A stretch of DNA of 63,459 nucleotides, the filler included, from Thraustochytrium aureum (Eukaryota): NCBI GenBank assembly GCA_012862495.1. It is 6 parts of 5 records of this genome, joined end to end, with 100 filler letters (N's around TTAATTAATTAA, not from the genome) between each part and the next. Parts side by side here need not be neighbours in the genome. Positions count along the whole stretch, not along the records: positions 33,966 to 49,593 come from BLSG01000129.1; positions 49,694 to 55,079 come from BLSG01000131.1; positions 55,180 to 60,631 come from BLSG01000132.1; 3 more parts are not named here. The stretch is one strand, 5' to 3'. Shown here piece after piece: positions 47,153 through 58,094 of this stretch. A model generated the notes under the pieces. The model searched no databases, had not been told where the DNA came from, and saw only the letters and a program-made list of their open reading frames with translations. Each line of letters opens with the position of its first letter. The stretch's first letter is position 1. The translations under genes and the position numbers were made by a program.

Positions 47153-47859
47153 NNNNNNNNNNNNNNNNNNNNNNNNNNNNNNNNNNNNNNNNNNNNNNNN
47201 NNNNNNNNNNNNNNNNNNNNNNNNNNNNNNNNNNNNNNNNNNNNNNNNNNNNNNNNNNNNNNNNNNNNNNNNNNNNNNNNNNNNNNNNNNNNNNNNNNNN
47301 NNNNNNNNNNNNNNNNNNNNNNNNNNNNNNNNNNNNNNNNNNNNNNNNNNNNNNNNNNNNNNNNNNNNNNNNNNNNNNNNNNNNNNNNNNNNNNNNNNNN
47401 NNNNNNNNNNNNNNNNNNNNNNNNNNNNNNNNNNNNNNNNNNNNNNNNNNNNNNNNNNNNNNNNNNNNNNNNNNNNNNNNNNNNNNNNNNNNNNNNNNNN
47501 NNNNNNNNNNNNNNNNNNNNNNNNNNNNNNNNNNNNNNNNNNNNNNNNNNNNNNNNNNNNNNNNNNNNNNNNNNNNNNNNNNNNNNNNNNNNNNNNNNNN
47601 NNNNNNNNNNNNNNNNNNNNNNNNNNNNNNNNNNNNNNNNNNNNNNNNNNNNNNNNNNNNNNNNNNNNNNNNNNNNNNNNNNNNNNNNNNNNNNNNNNNN
47701 NNNNNNNNNNNNNNNNNNNNNNNNNNNNNNNNNNNNNNNNNNNNNNNNNNNNNNNNNNNNNNNNNNNNNNNNNNNNNNNNNNNNNNNNNNNNNNNNNNNN
47801 NNNNNNNNNNNNNNNNNNNNNNNNNNNNNNNNNNNNNNNNNNNNNNNNNNNNNNNNNNN

Positions 47860-48519
47860 CGCGGCCCGCTGCTGAGCGGCGTGGTGGAACGCGAGCAAAC
47901 GGCCGTTCATCAGCGGGCGCGGCGGCTGCGCAAGGCGCTCGCCATTGGGATCGTCCTGGTCGCGCTGTTCGGCCTGTCCGGCTGCACCTCGGTCAAGAGC
48001 ATCTTTGTCGGCAAGGCCGGAGGGACCACCGCCGAACTGTCCAGCAGCGACTTTCCGTGCCCCGGGTCCCCCGCGATGATGCATGCGAGCTGCCGCGTGC
48101 GGGCTGCGGTGGGCGCAGAGTGCAGCACCGTGCTGGAAGAGATCAAGGCCCGCGTTGCGGGGCAGGCCACTGGGGCCTGGTTTGACCCGCACAACAACGG
48201 CACGTACTCGGCAATCGCTGAAGAGGCGGACGGCGCGTACGAGCTGTCTCGCCTGACGGGGAATCGCAAGTATACGGACAAGATCCGGTTTTCTCTGACG
48301 CCGAGCGCTGATGGCGGCGCGTGCGAGATCGCGGCGTGCTCGGAGAGCCAGGTCACATCTTTCGCGGACTTCTCCACCAACTTTTGCAACATTCGCAACC
48401 TCTACTGCGGCTCGGGCTCGTCGCCGTCCTGCCCTACGGCGGGCCACGATTTCAAGTCGAGCGAGCGCGCCGTGCTGCCGTCCATCGGTGCATCGACGGA
48501 CGTCACCCAGTGCAGCTGA
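47860..48519 (+). CDS. Small Cys-rich membrane-anchored/secreted protein (possibly DUF1499-like); start in gap
   Basis: TM ALAIGIVLVALFGL; HASC, RLTGNRKYTDKIRF, SESQV..DFSTNFCNIRNL. Confidence 0.65.
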   Translation, partial: RGPLLSGVVEREQTAVHQRARRLRKALAIGIVLVALFGLSGCTSVKSIFVGKAGGTTAELSSSDFPCPGSPAMMHASCRVRAAVGAECSTVLEEIKARVAGQATGAWFDPHNNGTYSAIAEEADGAYELSRLTGNRKYTDKIRFSLTPSADGGACEIAACSESQVTSFADFSTNFCNIRNLYCGSGSSPSCPTAGHDFKSSERAVLPSIGASTDVTQCS

Positions 48520-50083
48520 ACGACCGAACGGCGCGCACCGCCGACCTCGCCGCGCAAACCCACCCGCGCGCTGCCCGCTGGCCAGCACCGGCGCAGCACC
48601 CACTAGGCAAGAGCGCGATGCATGCAAGCGTAGACCCTGTCCAATACACCAATACAAAGAGCCGCCTCTAACTTGAGAGTCTATGTCCTCGGCGAACGCG
48701 AGCTTGAGAGTCTATGTCCTCGGCCAACACGAGCTTGAGCCTGGTTGCTCGGCAGCGCAGCGCCTCCAGCTGCGGGCCCTGCCTGCTTCGCCCAACCAAC
48801 GTACTCTACCTGGCCTGGACCTTTTCGAGGGTCGGCCGTGACATGTGCGCGCGGCGGTTCACTTCGCCATGCAGGCCTTACTCCTCTGGAGCGCGAGAGG
48901 CACTCGCGACCAGCCAGGTCCATGGGGTGCTCGGCCAGGTTTGTGGAGGATGGCCCGCTGCAAGGGGATCACAGACGAGAGCGAACCGAAGAAGGAAGGC
49001 GCCGTAGGCCTCCTGGTTGACCTGTGACGGCGACCCTGGGTAGGCCTACGTGAAGGACACCGAGTGCAGCGTTGTCCGCATGCATGGCCCAAAGAATTCG
49101 ACAAACTTGCCAAGACGGCTCAACAATGGCTCTTCTCCTGGTGGCGCGAGAGAAAGAAAAGAAGGCGACAAACGAACCCAACAACCCCTTCACAGACGGT
49201 GATCGACATTGGACGCAACCGAGACCAAGGCTGATCCGCGCGCCGACCAGGACGAGGCCGCCCGCCGCGCCAATCAAAAGTCGATGTACTCGGCGCTGAT
49301 TGTCGGTCTTGCAGCCGCCTGACTCGCTATCTGGTGATTCCGCAACAAGCATACGGGAGCATGGGCTCCTTGGCGGCGAAAGCGCGTGCGCTGCCTCCGA
49401 CCACTTTGCCCACAAGGGCGCGGATCTTTGATGTTGAACCAATCGACTTGAATTCATCAGGAGCTGGAATTAGATTGCGCGCCCGTGACACGACGACGCG
49501 CGGTGCGATCGACCGCATGCTTGTTGGGCTTGCAGGCAACCAGCACAGGATGATGTTTTCGGTACTAGAAAATTTTCTTATTCCATTGGATCCNNNNNNN
49601 NNNNNNNNNNNNNNNNNNNNNNNNNNNNNNNNNNNNNTTAATTAATTAANNNNNNNNNNNNNNNNNNNNNNNNNNNNNNNNNNNNNNNNNNNNTCGACGG
49701 CCGCGGCTTGTCCATATCATTAGCGACCTGATGGTAGCGTTGGAGCTGGGCAAGCTCAGCCTCCCAGCAGTACCTGAGATCGCCTTCGAGACGGCTGGGC
49801 CGACTCTCCAGGCGTACCTGGCTGATCAGGGCGACCAGTTTCCTGGGGCGGTCGTGCGAATGCCGTAATGGCCGCAACGTCAGTCGAGGCTCGGCCCTAG
49901 AGCTTTGTGCCAGCTGGCGCACCTGGAGCTATAGTTTGGTCAACCGCGTCAGGGTAGGGACGCAGCGTGCGGTCCAACCAAGTCAAGCGCGGAAGGAAAT
50001 GCACACGAGTTGCCGGGCCCGTATTTAGCGTTATGAAAACATCTTCGCGTGCACAGACCGCGGCCGAGTTGCCTTGCAGTTCG

Positions 50084-50865
50084 TCACCGAGCGACCAAGA
50101 CCCGCTCTTGCGAGGTGATCGAGACCCGCGCACTCCGCGTGAAACGTTTCAGCAAGTCAGCTTTGCGCACGGAAGGTCCAAGAAGGTGGCGGATGAAGGG
50201 TTCGAGCTCCTCCAGCTTCCATCGAGGCTTGACCGCAAAAAGCTCGGCAAAGCAGTCTTGCGCGTCTGCAGAAAGCTGGTCTGCAGGGAAGAGCTCGGCG
50301 ATCTCTGCAGCGCCGACAGCCTTGAACACGACGAGGCCGGCGAGCAGGGCGTCGTTGGCTTCAACGCCGACAGGGAGAAGCCGCGCCCACTCGCTCGCGA
50401 AGGCCTCGCGCGGCATCTGGATCTGACGGGCCCTGGAAAACACTGCGCGCGCTTGAAATGCGGCCACCTTGGCGGGTTCCAGAGCCCACGCGCGGCTTGG
50501 CGCCGCACCCCGTTCTGAGCTGGCGAAGGGCGCTATGGCACGGGAGATCACAAAGCTGCTGTACTCCCCGCCGAGGTCGCCAAGGAGCACGGTCTCCGGG
50601 ACGTTCTGCTTGGCCAGCTACGTCAGCGTTCGCCTGTGCGGCAAGCGGCAAGCAAATTCACCCTTTGGCAACTCACCTCGATGCTAATGCCATGCTCGAC
50701 AACTGCGCTCAAGACCATGTCGAACGTCTCGGTCATCAGCATGTGGTCGAGAACAGTATGGCGCCCGCTGACGCAAAAGGCGCCCAGCTTGGCAAGCTCG
50801 CCGCGCAGCTCGCCCTCGCTTGACTGCACGGTGGCCAAAAGCTCCTCCATCGAAAACCCGCACAG
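50084..50865 (-). CDS. DCC1: Sister chromatid cohesion protein DCC1, C-terminal part; intron 50606-50676
   Basis: ELLATVQSSEGEL...LGAFCVSG and LSADAQDCFAELFAVKPRWKLEELEPFI. A GTGAGT..GCTGAC..CAG intron restores the frame. Confidence 0.85.
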
Positions 50866-51844
50866 NNNNNNNNNNNNNNNNNNNNNNNNNNNNNNNNNNN
50901 NNNNNNNNNNNNNNNNNNNNNNNNNNNNNNNNNNNNNNNNNNNNNNNNNNNNNNNNNNNNNNNNNNNNNNNNNNNNNNNNNNNNNNNNNNNNNNNNNNNN
51001 NNNNNNNNNNNNNNNNNNNNNNNNNNNNNNNNNNNNNNNNNNNNNNNNNNNNNNNNNNNNNNNNNNNNNNNNNNNNNNNNNNNNNNNNNNNNNNNNNNNN
51101 NNNNNNNNNNNNNNNNNNNNNNNNNNNNNNNNNNNNNNNNNNNNNNNNNNNNNNNNNNNNNNNNNNNNNNNNNNNNNNNNNNNNNNNNNNNNNNNNNNNN
51201 NNNNNNNNNNNNNNNNNNNNNNNNNNNNNNNNNNNNNNNNNNNNNNNNNNNNNNNNNNNNNNNNNNNNNNNNNNNNNNNNNNNNNNNNNNNNNNNNNNNN
51301 NNNNNNNNNNNNNNNNNNNNNNNNNNNNNNNNNNNNNNNNNNNNNNNNNNNNNNNNNNNNNNNNNNNNNNNNNNNNNNNNNNNNNNNNNNNNNNNNNNNN
51401 NNNNNNNNNNNNNNNNNNNNNNNNNNNNNNNNNNNNNNNNNNNNNNNNNNNNNNNNNNNNNNNNNNNNNNNNNNNNNNNNNNNNNNNNNNNNNNNNNNNN
51501 NNNNNNNNNNNNNNNNNNNNNNNNNNNNNNNNNNNNNNNNNNNNNNNNNNNNNNNNNNNNNNNNNNNNNNNNNNNNNNNNNNNNNNNNAAAAATCAAAAA
51601 AAAATCAAAAAAAATCAAAAAACATTCAAAAAATCAGCCAATTGACGCGCATCATGATTGCTGTTCACCGCGTCGAGGTAACTACTAACGCTCAGCCCCA
51701 GCGCGTCCGGCGGTCGCCGCAGAGCCCGTCAAGCAAGTGTCCTCCAGAGCGCATGGCAAAGACGCACAGGGCGCTGGGGATTGACATGTGATGTGGGTTG
51801 CAGTTGGGTTGAAAATTGGCTACGAAACGGCCTCGGAGGCAGTT

Positions 51845-54800
51845 CTATCTGGTTGGCCGCGCCGGATCAGGCGGCAGGGAGCTTGAGGCGCTTGGTGGGG
51901 GCTCGCCCGCGCGGCCGCTGCCGCCACGGGCCCTGGCGCGCTTGAGAAACGCTTGGAAGTTGAGCTCCTCCTGCGGCATCGCGCCCGTGCCGTTGAAGAT
52001 GATGTGGAAAGTGATGTCCGGGTGGTACCGGAGGCCGGTGAGGAGCTTGGGGGTGATGATAAAGTATTGCGCGCGGTCCTCGTCAAACTCGCCGCAAGAG
52101 GACGCAACGAGCTGGTAGAACGAGATGCGCTCCTTCTCCTGGTCCATGCCCTGATTGATCTCGTCCACGACCCGGAAGGGCACCTTGCTGACCTCATTGA
52201 GCGCGAGGAGGTAGAGAAAGGTGGTGAGGCTGCGCTCGCCTCCAGACTGCACGTGCTGGTCGAGGCGCGACATGGCCTGATCCTTGCGGAACTTGACGTT
52301 TACACCAACACCAAACTCGGAGATGTTGAGGCACTTGACGAGCTCTACGTTCCCGTCGCACTCGTACCCTTTCTCTTGCACTCGCTCAAAGGCCGCCGTG
52401 AAGTTGTCGTCCACTTTTCTGATGAGTTGCTCCGTAATCTGGACCCAGAGTTTGCGGTCTTGCTCGAGCGCGGCGATTTTGTTGGCCAAGAACTCGGCCT
52501 GGTTTTCCACCTGGGGCCGGAGCTCGTTGACTTGCGCTTCAAGCTGCTTGTGCCTCTGGATGACGGTGTGGTCCTTTTCCGAGCCCGAGAGCTTGTGCTC
52601 GATGAGCTTGATTGTGCTCCTCAACTCATCGAGGTCGCTTGAGAGCTTTTCGAGCGCTTCCTCGTCCGCGCCAGAGGCCTCCCACTCCTTCTTGAGGGCA
52701 AGCGCCTGCTCCTTGAGCTTCGCCTTGCGCGGCTTGCTCGCTGCGAGCTCGTCGTTGGCTGCCTTCGCAGCCATCTCGGCCACCTTGAGTCGGCCGTCGA
52801 TGACCGCCGTTTGGGTGGTGGCCTGCGCGAGAGTGGCCCACCGGTCGAGAAGGCGAACCTGCGCGACGACGGCCTTCTCCATTCGCTCGTCCTGCTCGCC
52901 CATGTACGTGACCGCCTTTTTGAGCACCTTGGCAAAGGCTTTGGTGTGCCCTTTGAGCTCTGCGCCGTGATCCTTGTCCCGGTCGGCGAGGCTGCGCGCG
53001 AGGTCGTCCTCGGCTACACCCAGCGCCTCGGCGATGGTGTGGCCGTCGTTGATCATTTCGAGCATGCGATTGTTCTCGGCGTCCAACTTGGCCTTGCGCG
53101 CGCGAACCTCCTCCATGCGCTCCTTGAAGGCGTCCAACTGCGACTTGAGCTGTCGAGCATTCTCCGATTCGGTCTCGATAGAGTCTTTCAGGGAGACGAG
53201 CTTGCTCATGTCTTCGCGGTTTGCGCCGCTGGCGAGAATTTCAGCGCCGAGGGCCCCCTCCCGCCCGCGCCTCACGGGGTCGATGGAGGTGTCGACGTCC
53301 GGTTTGTACTTGCTCTTTTCAAACTTGAGCGTCTCTGTGGGGGTCATTACGCGCAGCCCACCGAGCTTTTCGTCGATCCACCTGCTGTTCTCCTTCCTGA
53401 GCTTGGCGATGAGGCCCGACGTGCGCTCCGTTCCGGCTAGCACGGAGCCGAGGCCAGCAATTCGCTGGAGCCCAGCGAGCACAGCGTCTGGGGCGACGGT
53501 AAGCGTGTCCAGGTACGTCGCGTCTATTTTCGCGAGATCTGCATCGCTCAAATGCCGCCGCGAGGTGCTGGCCTCCTGCACATTGATCGCGTTGAACCCG
53601 CGAGTGCTCATGAGCATGTCGCGATCGGCCCGGCATGTCGTCACGAAAGTGGACAACTGCTTTCGCGACACGGCGCGCTCAAGGTACGCACGGTGAAGGG
53701 GCAGCGCAGCATCGACTTCGAGAAGGATCAGAAACACGTCACTCTTCAGGCGGCCGTTCGCGCGCCAATCTTGGGAGAGCCTGTACTGGCTCTTGAGATT
53801 TTCAGCCATTTTGTTCGGGAGCTTGTGAATGCGGTTCTCTTTGGCGGCGAGCTTGGCTTCCAGCTGGGCGCACTCATGCTTGGCGCGATCTATGGCCTTG
53901 TACGCCACGGCCACATCCCGCTCCTTCATGCGGAGCTCCCCGGCGGCCGCGTTGTACTCGTTTTCGAGACCGCGGCGGTCCTTGTCGAGTGACTTGCGAT
54001 TCGCCTCGATCTCTCGGACGCTGCCGTTCTCCCTCTCGAAGCGTTCCTTTGCAGAGCGTCTGGCTTCGACGTCTGCCTCGGCACGCTCGACCACGGCCTC
54101 AACCTCCTCGCGCGCCTGGCGCCAATTTTTGATCGATTCCAGCGCGCCGTCGGCCTGTTGCACGAGGCCGGTCTGCTTGGACGCAAACCCATGGCACTTG
54201 TCCACGCCGTCCTTGTAGATAGCAGCGTCGCCTTGGCCGTCGCCCTTCGCGTCAAGCTGCTGCATCAGTGCTTTGAGCTGCACTTTGTGCTCGGCCTTCT
54301 CCATCTTGAGGCGCTCGACGTCCTTTTTGAGAACGTCGATCTGCTTCGAGGCGTCCTTCATCTTCTTGGTGTACGCCTGGTACTCGTCGCGCGCCCGCTC
54401 GAACCGCAGCCACACCACCTTGTCCTTGTGGTTTTTGAGGGTCGCCTCGAGCCGCTCGCGCTCGAGAAGGATTTCGACTTGTTTCTCCAGCTTTTGCAGC
54501 TCGTTTAGCTTTTGGTCGAGCTCGCGCTTTTTTGACTCGGCTTCGGCGCTCGAGGTCGCGAGTTCCTTCTCGCGGTCTTGCAAGGCCTTTTGCTTGTCCA
54601 GGTGGCCTTGGCCCAGCCCAGCCCGAATCGTCTCTTCAAGGAGCGCCGTCTCGGAGAGCTTGGAGAAGTAGGTCACCTTGTCCTGGGGCAGGAACTGGCA
54701 CAGGTTGTCGACCTGGATCGAGTACGATTTGTTGATCCTTGTCCGAAACTCCTTCTCTTCCAGCTTTTCGTTGTTCAGGTAGTACTGGTAGTTCTCGCTG

Positions 54801-54979
54801 GGGCCCTTGCTCTTCTTGCCGCGACCCTTGGTCGGCTCGCCCGAGCCGGGCTTGGCCCGGTACAGCATTCGCCGCACAATCACATTGTCATGCTCGGGCT
54901 CGTACAGCTCGATCTCAATCGTCGCCTTCTCTTTCCCGTTCTTGATAAAGCCCTCGAGCGTGTCGGCGCGATGGAGGAC
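51845..54979 (-). CDS. SMC5: Structural maintenance of chromosomes protein 5 (Walker A exon missing upstream)
   Basis: IQVDNLCQFLPQDKV, long coiled coils and hinge, QSGGERS..LYLLAL, PFRVVDEINQGMD, QYFIITPKLL. Splice acceptor CAG just upstream of 54979. Confidence 0.96.
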   Translation of the reverse strand, partial: VLHRADTLEGFIKNGKEKATIEIELYEPEHDNVIVRRMLYRAKPGSGEPTKGRGKKSKGPSENYQYYLNNEKLEEKEFRTRINKSYSIQVDNLCQFLPQDKVTYFSKLSETALLEETIRAGLGQGHLDKQKALQDREKELATSSAEAESKKRELDQKLNELQKLEKQVEILLERERLEATLKNHKDKVVWLRFERARDEYQAYTKKMKDASKQIDVLKKDVERLKMEKAEHKVQLKALMQQLDAKGDGQGDAAIYKDGVDKCHGFASKQTGLVQQADGALESIKNWRQAREEVEAVVERAEADVEARRSAKERFERENGSVREIEANRKSLDKDRRGLENEYNAAAGELRMKERDVAVAYKAIDRAKHECAQLEAKLAAKENRIHKLPNKMAENLKSQYRLSQDWRANGRLKSDVFLILLEVDAALPLHRAYLERAVSRKQLSTFVTTCRADRDMLMSTRGFNAINVQEASTSRRHLSDADLAKIDATYLDTLTVAPDAVLAGLQRIAGLGSVLAGTERTSGLIAKLRKENSRWIDEKLGGLRVMTPTETLKFEKSKYKPDVDTSIDPVRRGREGALGAEILASGANREDMSKLVSLKDSIETESENARQLKSQLDAFKERMEEVRARKAKLDAENNRMLEMINDGHTIAEALGVAEDDLARSLADRDKDHGAELKGHTKAFAKVLKKAVTYMGEQDERMEKAVVAQVRLLDRWATLAQATTQTAVIDGRLKVAEMAAKAANDELAASKPRKAKLKEQALALKKEWEASGADEEALEKLSSDLDELRSTIKLIEHKLSGSEKDHTVIQRHKQLEAQVNELRPQVENQAEFLANKIAALEQDRKLWVQITEQLIRKVDDNFTAAFERVQEKGYECDGNVELVKCLNISEFGVGVNVKFRKDQAMSRLDQHVQSGGERSLTTFLYLLALNEVSKVPFRVVDEINQGMDQEKERISFYQLVASSCGEFDEDRAQYFIITPKLLTGLRYHPDITFHIIFNGTGAMPQEELNFQAFLKRARARGGSGRAGEPPPSASSSLPPDPARPTR

Positions 54980-55179
54980 CTGCGCGAACCGAGCAGTGCG
55001 CCAGCCGGGCTGTCAGCGAGCGCCCATCGCGCGCATGGCTGGACCGTCCCGGCGTGCGTAGCAATATCCTAGGTCACTTNNNNNNNNNNNNNNNNNNNNN
55101 NNNNNNNNNNNNNNNNNNNNNNNTTAATTAATTAANNNNNNNNNNNNNNNNNNNNNNNNNNNNNNNNNNNNNNNNNNNN

Positions 55180-55741
55180 CTCAACGAGGCCATGACCGAG
55201 TGGCGCGGCTTGAATGGTGCCAGCGTGGGCAGCGATGGCATCGCACTTTCAAGAACACCGTCCGTGGGCGTCGTTGGCGGCGAAGGGCAAGCGCCCTCCG
55301 CTACCGAGCCGCGGTATTGGGGCAATGAGGACTTCCAGCGCGAATTCGCAAGCGCGTTGCCCGGGTTTAAAGTCAGGTTCGGACCTGTTGACTGGGTTGG
55401 CGACAGAAGTCGCGACGGCAAGCGCATTTTCGACGTTCTTGTCTGGACGGAGAATTCTTGCGCAGCTACCTTCGGCTGCGACTCGCCGCCAATTTCAGCT
55501 CGCGGCACGTTTCGCCGCAGATGGGTCGGTCTCGTTCGTCAACGCCAGTCCCAAGCTGGCGCAAGGCGACGATGCTTGCTGCTCGCCGTACGTTGCGCAG
55601 CAGGACCTGTTCAACAAGGTTGTGAAGGCCGCCGCGGCATTCATGGAAGCCTGGCGCGTTGCGAACGACGTTGACGAACGCTTTGTGGAGGCCACGCTCG
55701 CGGCGCCCAACGTCCAGGTCATGGATGAACGGCCAGCGTAG
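55180..55741 (+). CDS. Uncharacterised protein, paralog A (5' truncated; frameshift near 55516)
   Basis: Aligns along its length with the protein at 56553-57113 (YW...DF, ARGTF..DGS..FVNASP, QQD..NK..KAAA.FM..WR). Confidence 0.75.
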
Positions 55742-56182
55742 GCGGTCCAACTGAAGGCAACGAGTACCGTAGTACCGTGGGTAGGTTTGATGTGAATCCT
55801 TCTGTCGTTCTTGACCTGCATGAATCAAAAGAGAACACACCATGATCAGGGCCAGTTCGGCTGAACTCGCCAGTTTTGGTCTCCTTGCACGCGTGCGATT
55901 GCCAGGTGAGAGTTGTTGGCATTCTCGAGTACCGTGTCTTCGCCCTTGCACGAGCTGGACTGGCTTGGCTTGGCTTGTCGTTGGGGAAGGTCCAGGTTGG
56001 CTGGTTTGTGGCCCGACGAACGCTCGCACTGCCCACAGTGGTGAAACATACCCTACATGCAAGTATTGTCAAGTACCTCTAGAGGTCCAGGTACATGCCG
56101 AATACGCACTTCTTTGTGCAGACCCCGAACTCGGCAACGCCACTTCGCTTCATCATTTGATCAGGATCCAAGCACCGGCCGA

Positions 56183-57113
56183 ATGGAGGTCGTCCCGGGA
56201 TCGGCGGCCACGGTGGCTGGCACCAATCAGCAAATGCCAGCCCTACCTCCGGCAAGGCCCTACTTTGCGACTCCTGAGTTTGCAGCCTTTCTTGCGGAGC
56301 GGGCGCCGCCGGGCTGGAAGCTCGACAAGAACCGCGAAGGCCTCAGAGCCAACCAGTTCAGGATGCGCATGGGGACCGAGTGCAACGCGTGCTGCGTTGT
56401 GATTGAGCCCATTGCTCTGTTGAGCTTCACCAAACAAGGATGGGTAGTTGTTCAGGACAAGACTGACGCCATCGTCTTGGACAGCCTCACGTACGACCCG
56501 AGAGAAGCACGAAAAGCTCTGAGCGACCTAACGCGAGCCATTAAACGACGCGATGGCCGAGTGGCGGGCCTCAAACGGCGGCGCCCTGGCCGGCGACATG
56601 ACGACGCAACCGATCGCTACGACCGTCGACGGTCCTTCCAGCACGGACGAGCGCGCGCCGCAGCCGGACGGCGGGCCGAAGGGGAGGAGGCCAAGCTACT
56701 GGGCTTCTGCTGATTTTCAGAGTGCGTTTGCTAAAGCGCTCTCCGGGTGCCAAGTCAAGTTTAGCGATGTAGGCGACCGAGGGCGCACCTGCGATGTCGA
56801 GGTCTCAAGTGGCAGCGAGTGCATGGCGCTATGTGGTTGCGGCGCGCCAGTGACAGCTCGTGGCACGTTTCGCACGGACGGCTCGATCGTGTTCGTCAAC
56901 GCCAGCCCGGTTCTCCTCAATAATGCAAGACTGTTACCCGAGGTGCTAACGGAGCAGCAAGACGAGTACAACAAAATCATCAAGGCGGCCGCCAGCTTTA
57001 TGCTTGTCTGGCGTAACGCGCACGACCTCAATGGAGACTTTGTCGACGCTGCCCCCGCCATCATGGCGCCGGACCCGCAAGAGATGGAGACGAGGCCCGA
57101 GGCGAGTGCTTGA
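56183..57113 (+). CDS. Uncharacterised protein, paralog B (~310 aa after correcting a frameshift near 56545)
   Basis: ATG 56183. ATTAAACGACGCGATG minus one A gives INDAMAEWR, matching LNEAMTEWR of paralog A. Confidence 0.75.
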
Positions 57114-57673
57114 GCGTCGCCAGCAAGTGCGATGCCGCCAAGGTCGCGAAGACACATCCGTATCCGTGCACAACGCAAGCAACAACTTTACTGCGCACGC
57201 ATGGAAATCGATCCCGTGGGGTTGTGGCTGTGGTGGCTTTGGTGGCAATCATGATGTTTTTTCTTCTGTGCTGATTTCCCAATCGAAACAAAACCATGAT
57301 TTGAAAACCTTGCGAAGTTTGTCCTTTCGGGGTGGTGCCCCGGGCGGCAGCCACCGACTTGACTTCTCCCTGGTATAACAACCTTGCACGTGCGAGTAAG
57401 GCGGGTCGCGCTGCGGCGCGTTGCCAAGGTGAAAGAACTCAACAAACACGCAGCAGCCGTACCGACGCTCCGCCGAAGCCGTTCTGCCTTTCGTGGTTCA
57501 GGCCAAAAGCGAGCGTGTCGTGCCTTCGCATGCTTTGTACGAAAGTTGTCTGGGCCAACTCAGCTATGCTCTGGAAGTGATCTATAGCAAGTGTTGTCAC
57601 GGACGCCAAAAGAGCCGTCTGGTTTGCGCCGTCTCGGTTGAGAACCTTGGATCCGCCTGCCCGGGCTGGCTCT

Positions 57674-57760
57674 CTCCAGCGGGGAGCCTCGGTGGCGTAG
57701 CGAGTCGCGCCAGTGGGTGCTGCCGAAGGTTCGGCAGTGCCATTTCGTTCAAGTTTGGGG
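57674..57760 (+). repeat. Diverged dispersed copy of the 14.5-14.9 kb repeat
   Basis: CTCCAGCGGG..GCCTC.GTGGCG.AGCGA...GGTGCTGCC...TTCGGCAG.GC.ATTTCGTTCA is collinear with modules at 14700-14850. Confidence 0.75.
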
Positions 57761-58094
57761 GGTCGTCGCGCCTTCCACTTCCAAAGAAAGCGAATTGTAG
57801 GAGAACCGCGCCAACCACATGGAGCCACGCGGACGAGTACCAACAGCGAGAACAGGTCGCGCTCTCATTCGGCAGTGCGACCAAGATTTGGGGCTGCCTG
57901 GTGTTCCAACTTGCAACACGCAACTGACTCGGCTGTGGGGTCAGGCGGAGCGACTTGGTGGCGTGCTGCCACAAAGGCGCGACAGCGAGAGCGCGCCAAG
58001 CAGCAATGGTTCAGTCAGGTCAAAGTCAGGTCAGTTCAGAGTTTGTCTTTCTACGAAAGAAGGTCAGGACAGGTCCCCAGGCAATGCGGGCCAA

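Noticed and set aside
50606..50676. DCC1 pseudogene (in-frame stop and frame change)
   Set aside because: Fully explained by a canonical 71-nt intron.
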